A stretch of DNA of 64,000 nt, from assembly GCF_009914755.1 (NCBI RefSeq), contig NC_060939.1; one strand, 5' to 3'. The position numbers and the translations under genes were made by a program. The notes below the pieces were generated by a model. The model was not told the DNA's origin. It searched no databases and worked only from the letters and a program-made list of their open reading frames with translations. This stretch comes from the human T2T-CHM13v2.0 reference genome, Homo sapiens. Shown one piece after another: positions 1 through 16,928 of the stretch; position 1 is the first letter of the stretch; the number at the start of each line of letters is the position of its first letter.

Positions 1-161
1 GAACTCAGAGCAAGAACTCACTTATCACCAAGGGGATGGTGCATTCATGAGGGATGACCCCCGCCCTGTGATACTAACACCTCCCACAAGGCCCCACCTC
101 CAACACTGGGGATTACGTTTCACCATGAGATTTTGAGGGGTCCAATAGCCAAACCATAGCA
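1..161 (-). mobile_element. MaLR LTR fragment (MST-like), cut by the window edge
   Basis: ggccccacctccaacactggggattac...catgagatt...ccaaaccatagca is the typical MST/THE1 terminus. Confidence 0.75.
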
Positions 162-1204
162 TGATTCAGTGAATTAATGTGCGTATGTAGCTATAACAGT
201 ACCTGCCAAATAATAAGGGCTGCATAAATGATTATTATTGAACATGTCAAAGTTGTTTACTCATTTATTCATTCCCGTAGGATTTATTGAGCAGCTACTA
301 TGTGCTAGGTGTTATTCAAGGCATTTGGTAATAAAGGCCCCTGCCCTCACAGAGCCTGAATTCTAAGTAGAAATGATAGATAATAAAATAAACCTAAGTA
401 CATTATGTGTATGATGTGTGTATGATGGTCATAAGAACTATGAAAATAAGAACTAAACCAGAATAAAGGGAATTGGAAGTGCTGAGGCAGGGTAAATTTT
501 GGCAGGGAAGGAGCAGTATTAAATAGAATGGTAAGGTTATATAAGTCTCATTGAAAAGATGAGTTTTTAAAAATCTTATGTATCACATACAATAAATAGC
601 CATAAACTATAGTACTTTTGAGGTAAAATAACTTTTTAGTTCTCTCACTTATATATTATTTTGCCCCCAATACATTTATGCTTATCCCATTTGTCAACAC
701 AGGCAAGCCAAAATGATGCAAGAACCCTTCCTCTGTGTGACGCAAGTCTCCAAAAGAGAAACATTAACTCCTTTATGCAAAGCAAGTCCATGGCTAACAA
801 ACCATGTCACCTAAACTTTGACTGCCTTGCCCTAGACTTTATCATGGCTCAGTGCTCCTGTCCTGAAAGGAAGTCTCTCTTGGGTACTACAAACTAGTCT
901 TTTAGGCCCTCTGCTCCTCCTCCCACTCTACTGTGAATGTTCAGCTATATGGAGATTTAAGCACCTGAGGAGGGAGGATTTCAGAGTAGAACTGGAAGCA
1001 CGATGGGGTAAATGTCTTAGAAACCCAAAGAAGGGAAAAGGGCTCTTGTATTTGAAGTTCTGTATTAACTTTATTTGATATTTGCGAGGAGAGTATAAGC
1101 AACTTGCAACCACGATTCTATACTCCAGTTATAAACTAACCCAAATGGTCTAGGGATTCAGGCATAGAGTGAAGTGTATCCTGAACTGACCCTTTACATT
1201 TTAG

Positions 1205-1518
1205 TGTTTTCTTTTTGGTTTTTTGTTTTTTTTTGAGACAGGGTCTCACTCTGTCACTCAGGGCTGGAGTACAGCTGCACAATCACGGCTCACTGCAGAC
1301 TGGAACACCCAGGCTCAGATGATCCTCCCTCCTCAATCTCCTGAATAGCTGGACTACAGGCACAGGCCACCATCTCTAGCTAACTTTCTGTGTTTTTTTG
1401 TAGAGACAGGATTTTGCCATATTGCCAAGGCTGGTCTTGAACTCCTGGGCTCAAACAGTCGGCCCACCCTGGCCTCCCAAAGTGCTGAGATTACAGGTGT
1501 GAGCCACCACACCAGGCC
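1205..1518 (-). mobile_element. AluJ-like SINE
   Basis: T-rich tail followed by gagacagggtctcactctgtc...ctcctgggctcaa...gagccaccacaccaggcc; tacatttta on both sides as TSD. Confidence 0.9.
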
Positions 1519-3198
1519 TACATTTTATATAAATGTTTTATGTGTACAAATATCTAGAAGGTTCTACCTCTTAATATCGGCTAAACAACGATTACACATT
1601 TTGATTTTAATGTCAACATGATCCAACAAACTAGTGCAACTTCTTTAGAATTGGGATAGTCAATTTATCTATTAGGTTGAAATAAATAAGATAAAATGAG
1701 ATAATACAGGCAAAAAGTATCTGGTAGATGTTAACATATTTTATTTAAGGTGTGTGTAAGACACTGTTTCATAACTACTGAATATTTTTGAATCAATTTT
1801 CTCTAACTATATTAACTTTGAACAAATTATTTAACTGCTGTGAAACACAATTTCCTCCTCTATATGTTAGAAATAATTCCTACTTGAAAAGTTATTGTCA
1901 GAGTTACAAAGAATACTCATGAAGAATCTCGTATACTACCTGACATATAGTTGTTGTTCCAGAAATGAAATAAATATTTATTATATTATGCAAAGAAAAC
2001 TTACTATATATAAAATATATATATATATAGTTAACTGCATTAATATATATATATATATATGGTCTAACAAAACCAGTGTTAATTTTTCTTGTTTGTTATT
2101 TAGAGGTATTTCTATATTAGCTCTCTAAATCAGTTACTTTGTCACTAATTAGATGATTAATGTTCCCATATAACAAGCATGGTCATAAATGAGGATTGTG
2201 TGGCACAAAATATTTATTTTTGTACTGAAATGCAATGCTATGTCAAAATTACTTCATGATGAGAGATTCAAGCATTTATTATAAAAATCTCTTCCTTTTT
2301 GAACCATTGGATATAGTTTTATATATTTTGGTTATATGAAATTCAATTATTTATAATTCCATGCATTTATGCGTCATCACATGTCTCTTTATATGTTTAT
2401 ATGTCTCTTTAAGGTCAAGAATAAACTTATTTTATGTTCTCTACTTTAAGAACTATGAATTTCTGATATTTTACCCTACTTAAAAGCTGACTAGTTAGTC
2501 TGCCACAGTTGCATGGATGCTGGCAGAAAATACCATAATCCTGATACAAAGGTCAGAGACAAAGGATTTTGTTATTCATGGCAAAGCAGACAGCATTGGC
2601 TTCTTGTTTGCAATGGTTTCCCTTGTCCCAGTTCCCACAGGATGACTTGGAGGTGGGCCTTTGTGGATGCAGGACACGCGGTGGACTTAAGCAAGTCAAG
2701 CCAAACTTTGCTTCACGGGGAGACATTATATTTATTACACTGATCAGCAAACAAATCTGTACTCTATTCCACAGGAGTAGATGCTACAAAAGGCAGTCAG
2801 AGCCTCTACTAGCAAGACGTAAAGAAATGCAGGGCATTCATGAAGAATTGTCTGGCAGCACTCTATAGCACTTAGTAGGCTAGGTATCATAGTAGAAACT
2901 CAGTGAATGCTGAAGTAAATTAATTTGACCAGGGAATCATTTCAAAGGAGCACTGAATTGAAGTCATCACTGTAAATTACGCAGCTATTTATGTGAACTT
3001 CTATGCTGGCTTCCCTTTCAACTGAAGTTCTAAGAAAGATACTGATTTTAAAGAACTCAAATATTTCTATAAATGTTATGTAGAATGATGCTAAGGGTCC
3101 ATGGCAATCAAAGATAGAGATAAAGGGGAATGAAAATTCAATTAGTGAAGTGACAAATTATAGGAGTTCCTTACTGGGATATTAGCAAGAGTTATGAT

Positions 3199-3416
3199 TA
3201 GTTGTGTGCTGGTAAATGTTTAATACTTGTAGGTTTTATTCAAGTAGGAAAAAAAAGTCCTACTTGGTAGCATTTGCCTTTTTTCCTAGTATCAAGTTAT
3301 CCTACTATGACCAGTTTCAAGCTATCAATGTGATTATCTCTGAATGCGGAGTTAGGGAAATATGTCTACAGTTTGCTCTTCATCTAGAACCGTGGGCTAG
3401 CTCCAGTGCACCACTG
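3199..3416. mobile_element. Short hAT-type DNA transposon relic (MER63-like)
   Basis: Inverted termini tagttgtgtgctgg / ccagtgcaccactg; flanking 8-mers gttatgat / gttgtggt match 6/8, as expected for an old 8-bp hAT TSD. Confidence 0.6.
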
Positions 3417-4281
3417 GTTGTGGTGTACAAAGTGGAAGTAATAACACCAAAAGTTCACTCCCCAACAAAGCTCCATCCTTTGTCCCAGTGTTCCCCATCA
3501 ATATGAACAGTGTCAGGTGCAGTGCTAGTGGGATTTCATGGGATATCCATATTTGGCAGATCTAACATTCATTGCTTAGTCTACAGAAGAATCAAAGGAA
3601 ATGAGCTTGTATGACAACTCTCAACCCTGTGAGCAGGACTGAGGTCAGGATGCAGCGTTATTTTTCAACCCTTCCAATGCTATCATTATTGATGCCAAAG
3701 TCTTCTCCTCCCTCTTACATTGTCCCTGGGTTGTAAGGTAAGAAACAGGAGATTCCGTTTTGCTGGCTTATTCACTCCCACGACCCATTTATTTTATATG
3801 GGGTCCTGATTGTCAGTAGCTCAGATGCTTTAGCTTACACAAGGAGGCTAAGTGACCAAGTTATGAACACTAACATATTTTGGGACCAGCACTTGCTGAC
3901 TGGTACAACATTGCTACCTTTGTTCCATTATCATAGTGCTTGAAGTTTACAAACAAACTTGACATGTTCTCTTTACCTCATTTCCCAAGGTGAAATAATC
4001 ACAAAATGGTAAGTAGCTAAGCTTTCATCATGCCAAACTGCTGAGGAGAGATCCATGGGAGAGGTGTTATGGACAAACACCAAGCAGGCATGCGCCCAAA
4101 GGAAAAATTCAGGTAGATGTTTGTATCATTTTTATGTTACTATTTTCAGAAACATGCCTGATTTTAAGTGACTCTACTTACATTCTACTGTTCAGATGAT
4201 TCTTATCTAAGTCCAGAGAATCATATACAGTCACTGGAAACAGCTCCCACATCAATGTATATTGAAAAATGACTGTTAAAT

Positions 4282-4375
4282 TATGTACACAATACCGTGC
4301 TCCTTGTGGGATCTGGGAAGAATAAAAAAATATGTACACAATACCGTGCTCCTTGTGGGATCTGGGAAGAATAAA
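4282..4375. repeat. Tandem duplication, two identical 45-bp copies, period 49
   Basis: tatgtacacaataccgtgctccttgtgggatctgggaagaataaa at 4282-4326 and 4331-4375. Confidence 0.97.
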
Positions 4376-7300
4376 CAAAGTCTTCTTTTGCTTCTCCAGC
4401 CAGCACAACCAAATATCCCAAATCTACATAGTTTTTCTCCCTTCTTCTCCCTCAACCTCAATTAGATCTATGTCTGTTTGTTTGTTTTAACTACTGGATT
4501 TAAAAAGTGCTTCCAGAATACAGTACTAGTTTGACAGTCGCTAGCAGAGTTGATTACACATTAAACTAAACATAGATGGATATGTCCTCTTTCAGACAGC
4601 TAAAATTACCTTTTGGTTGGGTGTCTGTTTTGGAAAGCTCAATTTCAGTTCCAGCAACTGTACACCTGAAAATGCAAGGCATACCCATTAGGAACAAACA
4701 GTACTTTTTCTCTATTTAAACCCTGATGGCCTTGAGGAGGCAAACTGCCACTATGCTAAGCACAGTAAGAACAACATTTTGGATTAGAGACATAATGAAT
4801 CTATTTGTTTTTCAATTTTTAGAGAATCATACCGGTTAGAATAATAACCTTTGCTTCAAACCCCGAGGCAGAAAAGAAAACTTGGACAATCTTCTAATTT
4901 CTAATTACTCAAGACCTTCAAATGTGTGTCTATATGCTTGTTTTTGCTTTAGTAAGAAGTGTTTTAAAAGATGAATATTCCACAATGTTTACATATATTG
5001 AAACATTAGGTTATACCCTATAAATATATATAATTATTATTTGCCACTTTAAAACTTTTAAAAATGAAAAGAATTCTTTCATTCATTAATTTCATTACTT
5101 ATTTATTAAGTATTTAATATGTGTAAAATCCTATACTAAATACTAGAGAGGAAAAGTATATTTTATATAGTTCCTATTTTGGAAGGGTTTTTAATCTAGT
5201 GAAAGTCAAACATGTGCAGACAGCTTTAGCACAATTTTTAATGTGTATTATAAAAGGAATAAATGTAGTGCAATGGTAGCATGGTGAAATGGGTTCTCAA
5301 CTAATTGATAGTTACTTAGGAACATGCAGTTAAGTCTTGTTAACTTTGTAAGCTTCTAATCATTTGCACAATCCTGGGAAATTACCCCTCTGGGTACATT
5401 CATGGGTTGCAGGCAAATTATTTTTACATGGAGAACATACATTTATTCTTGACCTTAAAGACGCAAGTTGTTGAAGAGATGTGTGATGATGTGTAAGTGC
5501 ATGTAAGCATAAAGCACTGAATTGCATGTAACCAAAAATAGATAAAGCTATATCAAGCAGTTCAAAAGGGGAAAGATTTCTTATTTTGTAGCAGATAGGT
5601 AGATTGGGGAAGACATTTTGCAACTTGCCAACCTAACAGGTAGTATTGCTGGAAACTTTCAGAGGTGAGGGAATTTTCTCTAATCCAATGGCACCAGAAG
5701 TTTACCAGCCAAAGGCATTGAGATCACATATCCAAGGAGGCAAAGGCACAGACGGAGCTACCAAGGGAGAGAAATAACACATTGCAAATTGATGGTCAGA
5801 GAAACTTTTAAAAATTGACACTACAAATTATTATATCTTATCCTTGCCTGTGTGGATCAATTGGAATCCCTCCAATACCCATTCCCTAATTGGCAGTTCA
5901 TTAAAACAGTACCTGATGTACAGTTGTTGCTTTTTTAAAAATTGTATTTTAATTATACCCTAAAAATTCCATAATTTCTTTTAAAATAATGAGACAACCA
6001 CGGAATAACAAACAACCAGAGCTTGGCTCTAGTTGTCTGTGAATAGGCTACTTCCTGATGAGATACACAGCCCAGGAGTTTTCTTTATTCTTTTCTTTCG
6101 CTAGTCTTTAAAATGAGCAGGACCTGAAAGGGCATTCTTGGTACTGTCTATCAAAGCTAAACTACTCGGTGAGATGTGTCTTTAGTCTGAGCTAAAGTCT
6201 GAGTTATGTTTTTCGTTGCAGTCAGCTTTGAACTGTGAAACTATATAAGAGGATGCAAGAAACATTGTCTAATAATAAGAGGGGTGGGCTGTGAAAGTCT
6301 GACAACCACTTAATAGTGTTAGTAGTCTCTGCTGTCAGGTACTGCTAATTTTCATTAGTGATAGAAGAGGGATTATTAAACATTTTAGGGTTTATATATG
6401 CAGCATACTTCTAAAGGATAGTGTGATTAAAAGGAATAAAGCGTTTCAGCTTTAAGAAATGTAGTTTCTTTGCTGTTGGAGATTTGATTCTACTTAATGA
6501 CTTTAAAGTAAGCTATTAAGAAGTTGGTCTTTCATTAATTATGAATGATCATACTTTTAAAAACTATGTGTAAATGGCTGCTGAGATTTTCCTGAGATTA
6601 CTACAAAAATTAGCTTCAAATCAAGGAACATTAATGCACACGATTTCATATTTACTACAGCTTTGAACCACAGAAGTGTGACTTAGATGTTTAAAAGCTA
6701 ACACCCTAAATTGAGACCCTAAATAGCATGAATTTTAATTAAAGGGATTTTTTTTCAAAAAAATAGTGGATGCTATTATTATGAGAAAGTTTTGGGGCTG
6801 CATTTTTTGTTTTCTGTTCTGTAGCATGTAATAATGTCTGAGGCTAATTTAGGTACACAGAACATTATGGAGGGAGTAAGGTTTTTGGTATAGGTAATTG
6901 CAAGCTCTAGAAAAGTCTGTATTTTCTATTTGACAAACAATGTGTAAAGAAAATGAGTCCTAGAAGGTACATATTGTAATTGAGTTGTTAAAAGTTAATC
7001 CCTGACACTGACATTGTTCCCAAGCCTACCATTGAGAAAACCTTCAGGAGACTGTTGAAAGCTGCATTTAGGCTTTTTTACTTCCTCAACTCATTATACC
7101 AAAAACCTAGGACCATTTGGTTATTTGTTTTTCTCTGAAAAATATTTTTCATTACTGGAAATACAATTTGAAATTCCCTCTCTCATCAGGATAGTGTATC
7201 ATTCATGTCGTCTCCCACTCTTTGAAAACTTTAAAAAATGGCATTAGCTTTAAAAAATAATGTAAAGGTGAATAATGAGGTAGTCACCACTTCTGAAACC

Positions 7301-10300
7301 ATGTTTCAAAGGAACAAAGGTTTGAAAGAAAGCCTGCCTAAAGTGTTAAGGAGCATTATTGAGCTTTAATAGGTCAAATGCACAAGAAAAGGGAAAGTAA
7401 TTTAGTAGAATACAAAGCCTCTCCTTGACAGTGAGGCCATCTTATCTTTAAAATATTATGGCAGTTTGAATTGGGACTTTTACCAGAGTTCATGAAGTGG
7501 CATGGAGGGATTGAGAAAAATAGTGGTGAAATTACCTCAGTCAAGACTCTCATTAAGAAGCCCATTAAGGAATCCAGGATTATTTCAACAATCTTTGAGA
7601 CCACTTCTCTGTCTCCTTTATTTGTCCTCCAATCCATCATGAAAAGCACTGCCAGACTAGTCTTCTTAAAACATCATTTTAATCATGTCCGTTTCATGGC
7701 TAAATACCTACAGAAGATAGATGCAGCCATTTTGTCCAACATAAATTGAAACTGGGATAAGCTGGAGATGGGGAAAGTGGTTATTAGAAAGTCAACAAAA
7801 AGAGTTCCAGGCATAACACAATAAAATTCACAACAAATGTACATGGTGATCCAAATATAAAGATGCAAATGAGAGAGGATGTGAGGATGAGAGACAGTGA
7901 GTGTGTACATGAAGGAAAGTGGACAAGATTGGATATCTCTTGGATACTAGAGGCAAAGGAGGGGTAAAGGACAGGACTGCAGCGAAAGCCTGGAGCCCCG
8001 ATTATGTCTAGCTTGCTGCCAATAATCTGGGTATCTTGCACAAGCATTTATTTTCTTCGCAGCTCATTTTCCACATCCTTAAAATACAAAAATATTGGAA
8101 TATAGCATTTTTTAGGTTGCTTCAATTCTATAACTCAGATTAGCTGTTATTTAGTATTTTAAACCTCTTTGTGAAATTGATGGTAATACACAAAACAGAG
8201 ACGAGGAAACAGCTAAAAAATGTCAGGGAAAATAATTGGTTCTGGAATGGATATATTGTCTTGAAATTGCTGGCATGTTTGTGAAACTATGTGAAAACTT
8301 TTAAAAAATCGTTTATTGACAGCCAGTGTGTTCCAGGCACTCAGCAGAACAGACATACTCCTTCCCTACTTCAATGGAGTCACTTCCTATACAAATTTAC
8401 TAGAGAGAAAGCAAGAGAGGGCAAATATGACACAGAGAGAAATAAAGGAAAACATTTAAAAATGATGGGCAATTCAACATGCCACTTAGTTCAGTATTTT
8501 ATTAATACATGCCCAGAGTGAGCGAGATGAAAGACATTAATATTCTATGCCCTATTTAAGTTTCATTTTTCCCTTGCCTCACAAGCGTGAACATTGTTGT
8601 TCCGCTGAGGGTAATTTTATATATTTTTCATGCAACCATGATCTCTGAACTTAAGCCAGTTACATCATCTTATGTTCAACCAAGGGATGAGTGATCATGA
8701 CAACACAAGAACTATAGCCATACTGGTCTTACTGTGAGATGGCATGTTGGTTTCTAATGTGGTTCCCTCCAAAGAGATCATCAGGTTACTTTAGAGTACT
8801 ATGTGTTGTTTCCAATAAAGAAAATCATTCTGCTTTACAGCAACAGTTAAGGTATCTAGGAGTTAATGGAGAGAAGATGTGAGAGTCTGGAACAATTAGT
8901 ACTGAGGAGGAGCTTTATTCTTTGAAGTTTATTTCCATTTTGAGATGGGGCTTAGAAAGATATTTGAGAGGATCAAAGTAGTGTTTTTCAGATATTAGGG
9001 TTCATAGAAAAATGAACTTGGTGGAGTCATCTGTGAGACTCTTGTCTGATGTGAAATTAAATAACTGGGACTAGGATTGTGGATAAGGGCAAGGCAAGGA
9101 AGTAGCTCAACCAGGATGTGGCATCATCAGAGCTAAGGTGCCAACCAAGGATCAGTAGAGGAAAGAAAGTCTGGAACAAAGCGTAGTCAGAAGAGGAAAT
9201 TAACAGAGCCAAAAATACAATAGGGGGTATGATCAGAACTTTGTCGACCTGCCCTTCTATTCTTTTAACTCTCTATGCAGATAGGTACCTACAAGTTCAT
9301 GTCTGCCAGAGGCTCTTTCATTAATCTGTTCCTTAGTTTGGATGATTGTAAATACCACAGGGCAGCAGGTGGGCCAGCACACATTCAATCAACTTTAATT
9401 TTGTTTCTGTCTACACAAGTCTCTGATCAAATAATTGCTACCAGTAATACATAATCTACTTATCTGTATTATCTCCATCAGTGCTCCCAAAGATGCTTTA
9501 AGGCAAGTAATTTTTTTCATTTTCCGCAGTAGATAGATTCATAGAGGATAAAAAATACTTACTGGCCTAGGAAATTTCAGGCTCTTATCTTCTTCCCTAT
9601 GACTTAAGTTCTTGCTGACTAACCCTCTTTAGTGTGAGGTCTCTGACTTCTGCCAGGTCCGTAGGCTTCCATCTTGCTCTTTCCAGGCATCATTTCTGGG
9701 ACAAAAATCTAAATTTTAAAACAGAACCATGGACTACTTAATGTCACATCCCTCTAATGTCAAGACCTATTCACCTGAACCTCAACTTTTCATTCATCCT
9801 TGCTACATGCCAGAACTAGTTCTAGGAAAGTAGAGATGAGTAATATCATTTTATTGATTTTTAAAAAATTTGTATTATAGTGGAGACATTCCCTGTGAAC
9901 AAACAAAATGCAGTTTTATAGGGGATATGACAGAAGACTTAAAACAATTGTTCTCAGACATTTTTCTGCTCCAGTTCAACCAAAAAGTAGGACATCCTCC
10001 TGTCAGTAACAAGTGTTTACCTTTCAACCCACACATGTGCTGGCAACACATTTGAGGGAAAACAGACATAATTTTCTCCTCCTCTTTCTCCCCTCATTCC
10101 CCATCTGTTTCCACTGAGAAATCCTGAAGTTAAGGGTTACAGAGATAGGGAAGAGGGTTACCTGGGGATAGGGAGGAGATACTTATGGATCAGTGAGTGT
10201 GATATTACTGTCTTACTTGAATGGTAAGTAGGTGTTAGCATTTGCTACTCAGTGAGGAGGCCAGTACCAGTAGAGGGAATGGTGGAGTAAAAACAGAGAA

Positions 10301-10694
10301 GTGTGGAATAGTATGATGCCTCCCAAAAACCTACAAGGAGTTCAGGATGGCTGGAACAATGAAGCTCAAAGACAGAAGTTGAAAGAGATGAGCTATGAGG
10401 GGGCAATTAAGCCTCACTGGGATGTAAAGGGGTTTGTTCTATATCCTGTAAGCAATCAGGGATACTGAATATAAAAATGACATGCTTAGATTTTGTGTTA
10501 TGGAAAAATCACTCTGTTGGCAATCCAAAAAATGGGCTGGAGAAAAGCTGGGCCATTAGGTCAGAATGCAAGAAGTGGAATAGGGCACTATTGATGAGGA
10601 GCTTCAGGAGGGGGACAGATGGCAAAACATCCTATTGTAACAATTCTACAACATACATTTTTAATACATTATAAAAAATAGAAATGCATCTTAA

Positions 10695-12427
<1,733 letters not shown>

Positions 12428-13739
12428 AAATGCATCTTAATAACTGATGGTTTATTAAAAATATTGGTAGCCAAGCAAATGTTGTGAGTTTCATTGCCTG
12501 CACACTTGTAAATGTAGTTAAAAGTACACTGGGAAAGAATCACTTTTTGACTGTTTTAGTGGTGGCATTGCTAAACAACTGCAATGTCTTATTGTTTCAT
12601 TAAAAAAATAAGGATAATTAGGGGAAGGGTAGGAGGCTTGTTTGCCTGTTTTGGTGCTTTTGGTAAGATTGAGAACCTATCAACATCAAAACCTGTAGCA
12701 TAGTGGTTTGCTACTTGGGATGAAAAAGACAATAATGGTGTATTATTTTATGTAATACTAAACCACAGATGCTCTTGCTGGCTTAGAGGACAATATTTTG
12801 GAAAACGTCCCACACGTTGACAATTCTGATGAAGTCTAATTCCAAAGATTTAGACTCTGAATCAGAAGTTTAAGAAATAAGTTAACAATTTATTTTGTGT
12901 ATATTTTCCCTTCATGTATTGACAAAAATGGTAGATAAATAACAAAAGTCTATGTCATACATAGATTTTTCGTGTCAGTTTATGAGGGACCTAAATTTAA
13001 ATTCTAATTGCTAAGAAGGCATAGTGTCATAATTTAATTATTTTTTTCACAATGTTGTATAAAATAATGAAGAGAGATGGTGTTATAGCTCTGATGAAAT
13101 ATGAAATCAAAAAATCGTTAGGATAAATTGTATGTGGAAAGTGAATCACCAATTGTACAAACATAAATATTCATTCAGTGTTGACAATAATTGAAAAGAG
13201 AAGGGAGGATAACACACTCTGAATGGCTAATATTTAGCAGGTGGAAATTATATGGAGTCTATAATAGTCATCAGGAAAATTATATTATATATATAAAATA
13301 CATAACGTTAGGCAAAAATGCAAATAGGTTTTCATAGGTTATCATCAAATAACTAACTAAATAAAAAGAGTTGTTTGTAAAAGTCTAACAGAATAAAGTT
13401 GTATTAAAGAAGAGGGATTTAGAATGATTGGTTATCTTATACCTTGCTTTAATGTTCCATAATGCTAAAAAAAATAAGATTAATCACATAGCCCTATCGA
13501 ACAATTGTTTTGGCAACACAGAAATAAACAGAAACACTGCATTTTCTCAGACCCACAGTCTTCAATTAATTCAAGAACTCCTTCAGATACAGAGTATACA
13601 AATTTTCTGATTTGTAATAGAAAATAGCCAGTCTGTGAATAGTAGCTAAATAACTATCAACTGTCCTCTTGTGGAATGGCAAACTGTTGTCCCAAAATCA
13701 GAAAGATTTTTATTTGAAAAATTTGCTTGATAGTTTTTT

Positions 13740-16700
13740 GGGAATTTTTGTTTTATTTTAAATTTTAAATTTTTGTGAGTACATAGTAGGTATAGATATT
13801 CACAAGATACATGACATATTTTGATACAGGCATACAATGCATAATAATCACATCAGGGTAAATGGGATAGCCATCAACTCAAGAATGTATGCTTTCTTTG
13901 TGTTACAAACAATTCGATCATACTATATTAGTTATTTTTAAATGTACAATAAATTATTGTTGACTGTAGTAATATGAAATACAAGATTTTATCCATTCTA
14001 TCCATTATATTTTTGTACCCATTAACCATTCCCCCAACCCTCCTCCACCCACCCCTACCCTTCCCAGCCTCTGATAACCATCATTCTATTCCCTGTCTCC
14101 ATGAGTACAATTGTTTTGATTTTTAGCTCCTACCAGTAAGTGAGCGTATGCAGTTTGTCTTTCTGTGCCTGGTTTATTTCACATAAAAGAATGACCTCCA
14201 GTTCCATCTATGTTGTTGCAAATGACAAGATCTCATTTGTTTTTATGGCTGAATAGTACTTCATTGTGTATAGGTACACATTTTCTTTATTCATCTGATG
14301 ATGGACATTTAGGTTGCTCCTAAGTCTTGGCTATTGTGAACAGTGCTGCAATAAACATGAGAGAGCAGGTATCTCTTCAGTATACTGATTTCCTTTCCTT
14401 TGGGTATATACCTAGCAGTGAGATTGCTGGGTCATATGGTAGTTCTATTTTCAGTTTTTGAGGAACCTCCAAACTGATCTCCATAGTGCTTGTGCTAATT
14501 TACAATCCCACCATCAGTGAACAAGGATTCCCTTCTCTCTATATCCTTGCCAGCATTCATTTTGCCTGGTATTTGGATAAAAGCCATTTTTTACTGGGTT
14601 GAGGTGATATCACATTGTAATTTTGATTTGCATTTCTCTGATAAACAGTGATGTTTGAGCACATTTTCATATACCTTCTTGCCATTTGTATGTCTTCATT
14701 GAGAAATGTCTATTCAGATATTTTGCCCATTTTTAATCAGATTATTAGATTTTTTTCTATAGAGTTGTTTGGGCTCCCTATGTGTATTCTGGTTATTAAT
14801 CTCTTGTCGCATGGATAGATTGCAAATATTTTCTCCCATTATGTGGGTTGTCTCTTCACGTTGTTGATTGTTTCCTTTGCTGTGCAGAAGCTTTTAAAGT
14901 TGATGTGATCCCATTTGTCCATTTTTGCTTTGGTTGCCTGTACTTATGGGATATTACTCAAGAAATCTTTGCCCAGACCAATGTCCTTGAGAGTTTCCCA
15001 CATTTTCTTCTAGTAGTTTTATAGCTTCTGGTCTTAGATTTAAGTCTTTAATCCATTTTTATTTGATTTTCGTATACGGTGAGGGATAGGAGTCTAGTTT
15101 TATTCTTCTGTTTATGGATATCTAGTTTTTCTAGCACCATTTATTGAAGAGGACTATCATTTCCCAATGTGTTTTTTGGCACATTTGTTGAAAATGAATT
15201 CACTGTTGATATATGGATTTGTTTCTGGGTTCTCTATTCTGTTTCATTGGTCTGTGTGTCTGTTTTTAGGCCAGTGCCATGCTATTTTGGTTACTGTAGC
15301 TCTGTAGAATAATTGGAAGTCAGATAAGGTGATTCTTTAAGTTTTGTGTTTTTTTGTTGTTTGTATGTTTTGTTTTTGTTTTTGTTTTTGTTTTTGCTCA
15401 GGATAGCTTTGCTTATCCTGAGTCTTTTGCAATTCCATTTAAATTTTAGGATTTTTTATTCTTTTTCTGTGAAGAAGGGCATTAGTATTTTGATAGGGAT
15501 TGTATTAAATCTGTAGATTGCTTTGGGTAGGTAGTATGGGCATTTTAACAATATTAGTTCCTCCAGTCTATGAACATGGAATATTTTTCTGTTTTTTGGT
15601 GTTCTCTTCAATTTCTTGCATCAATGTTTTGTAGTTTTCATTATAAAGATCTTTCACTTATTTGATTAAGTTAATTTGTAGGGTTTTATTTTATTTGTAA
15701 CTATTGTAAATGAGGTTACTTTCTTGATTTTGTTTTCATATTGTTTGCTGATGGCATATAAAAATGCTACTGATTTTTGTATGTTGATTTTGTATCCTGC
15801 AACTTTACTAAATTTGTTGATCAATTCTAACAGTTTTTTGGTGGAGGCTTTCGGTTTTTCCAAATATAAGATCATATCATGTGCAAACGAAGATAATTTG
15901 ACTTCTTCCTTTCCAGTTTAGTTGCACTTTATATCTTTTGTCTGATTACTCCAGCTAGGACTTCCAGTACTACGTTGAATAACCGTGGTGACAGTGGGCA
16001 TCCTTGTGGTGTTACTGATCTTAAAGGAAAGGTTTTCAGTTTTTCCCCATTCAGTATGTTACTAGCTGTGTGTCTGTTGTATTTTTGGCACTTTTAATGT
16101 GTTAAGGTATGTTCTTTCTGGGAATTTGAAGGCTTTTATAGTGAAGGAATATTGAATGTCATCAAATGCTTTTTCGATATCAGTTGAAATGGTCATATGG
16201 TTTTTGTCCTTTATTCTGTTGATGTGATGTATCACACTGACTGATTTGGGTATGATGAACCATCCTTGTGTTCCTGAGATAAATCATCTTCGGTTATGAT
16301 CAATGATCTTTTCAATATGTTGTTGAATTCGGTTTGCTAGTATTTTGTTAAGGACATTTGCATCAAATTAGTGTTCATCAGGGATATTGGCCTGTGGCTT
16401 TCTTACTTTCTTTTTTTGTTCATGTGTCTTTGGCTTTGGTATCAGGGTAATACTGGTGTTATAGAATGAGTCTAGAAGTATTCACTTCTCCTACATTATT
16501 TCTCAGAGTAGTTAGAATAAGATTGGTATTAGTTCTTTTTAAAATGTTTTCCAAAATTTAACAATGAAGTCATCAGGTCCCAGGCTTTTCTATGCTCAGA
16601 GGCACTTTATTGCAGCTTCAATCTCACTACTTGTTATTGGTCTGTTCAGGTCTTGAATCTCTTCCTGGTTTAATTTTTGTAGGTTTTATGTGTTTAGTAA

Positions 16701-16928
16701 TTTATTAATTTCTTCTAGGTTTTCCAATTTATTGGCATATAGTTGCTCATAGTAGCCTCCAATGATCCTTTGAATATCTGTAGTATTGTTTGCAATATTT
16801 CCCTTTTCACCTCTGGTTTTACTTGTGTCTTCTTTTTTTTTTTTTCTTATTTAGCTTGGCTAAAGTTTGTAAGTTTTGTTTATCTTTTCAATAAAATAGC
16901 TTTTTTTCATTGATCTTTTGTATTATTT
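13740..16928 (-). mobile_element. Older L1 (L1MA-like) 3' UTR and ORF2 segment
   Basis: T-rich tail, L1MA-type 3' end (…gatacaggcatacaatgcataataatcacatcagggtaaatgg…), minus-strand ORF2 RT remnant MILYLEKPKASTKKLLELINKFSKVAGYKIN at 15666-15875. Confidence 0.88.

Noticed and set aside
2490-2870. Three overlapping ORFs in a slightly GC-richer patch
   Set aside because: Looks like an old LTR-type relic I could not name; the peptides are uninformative.
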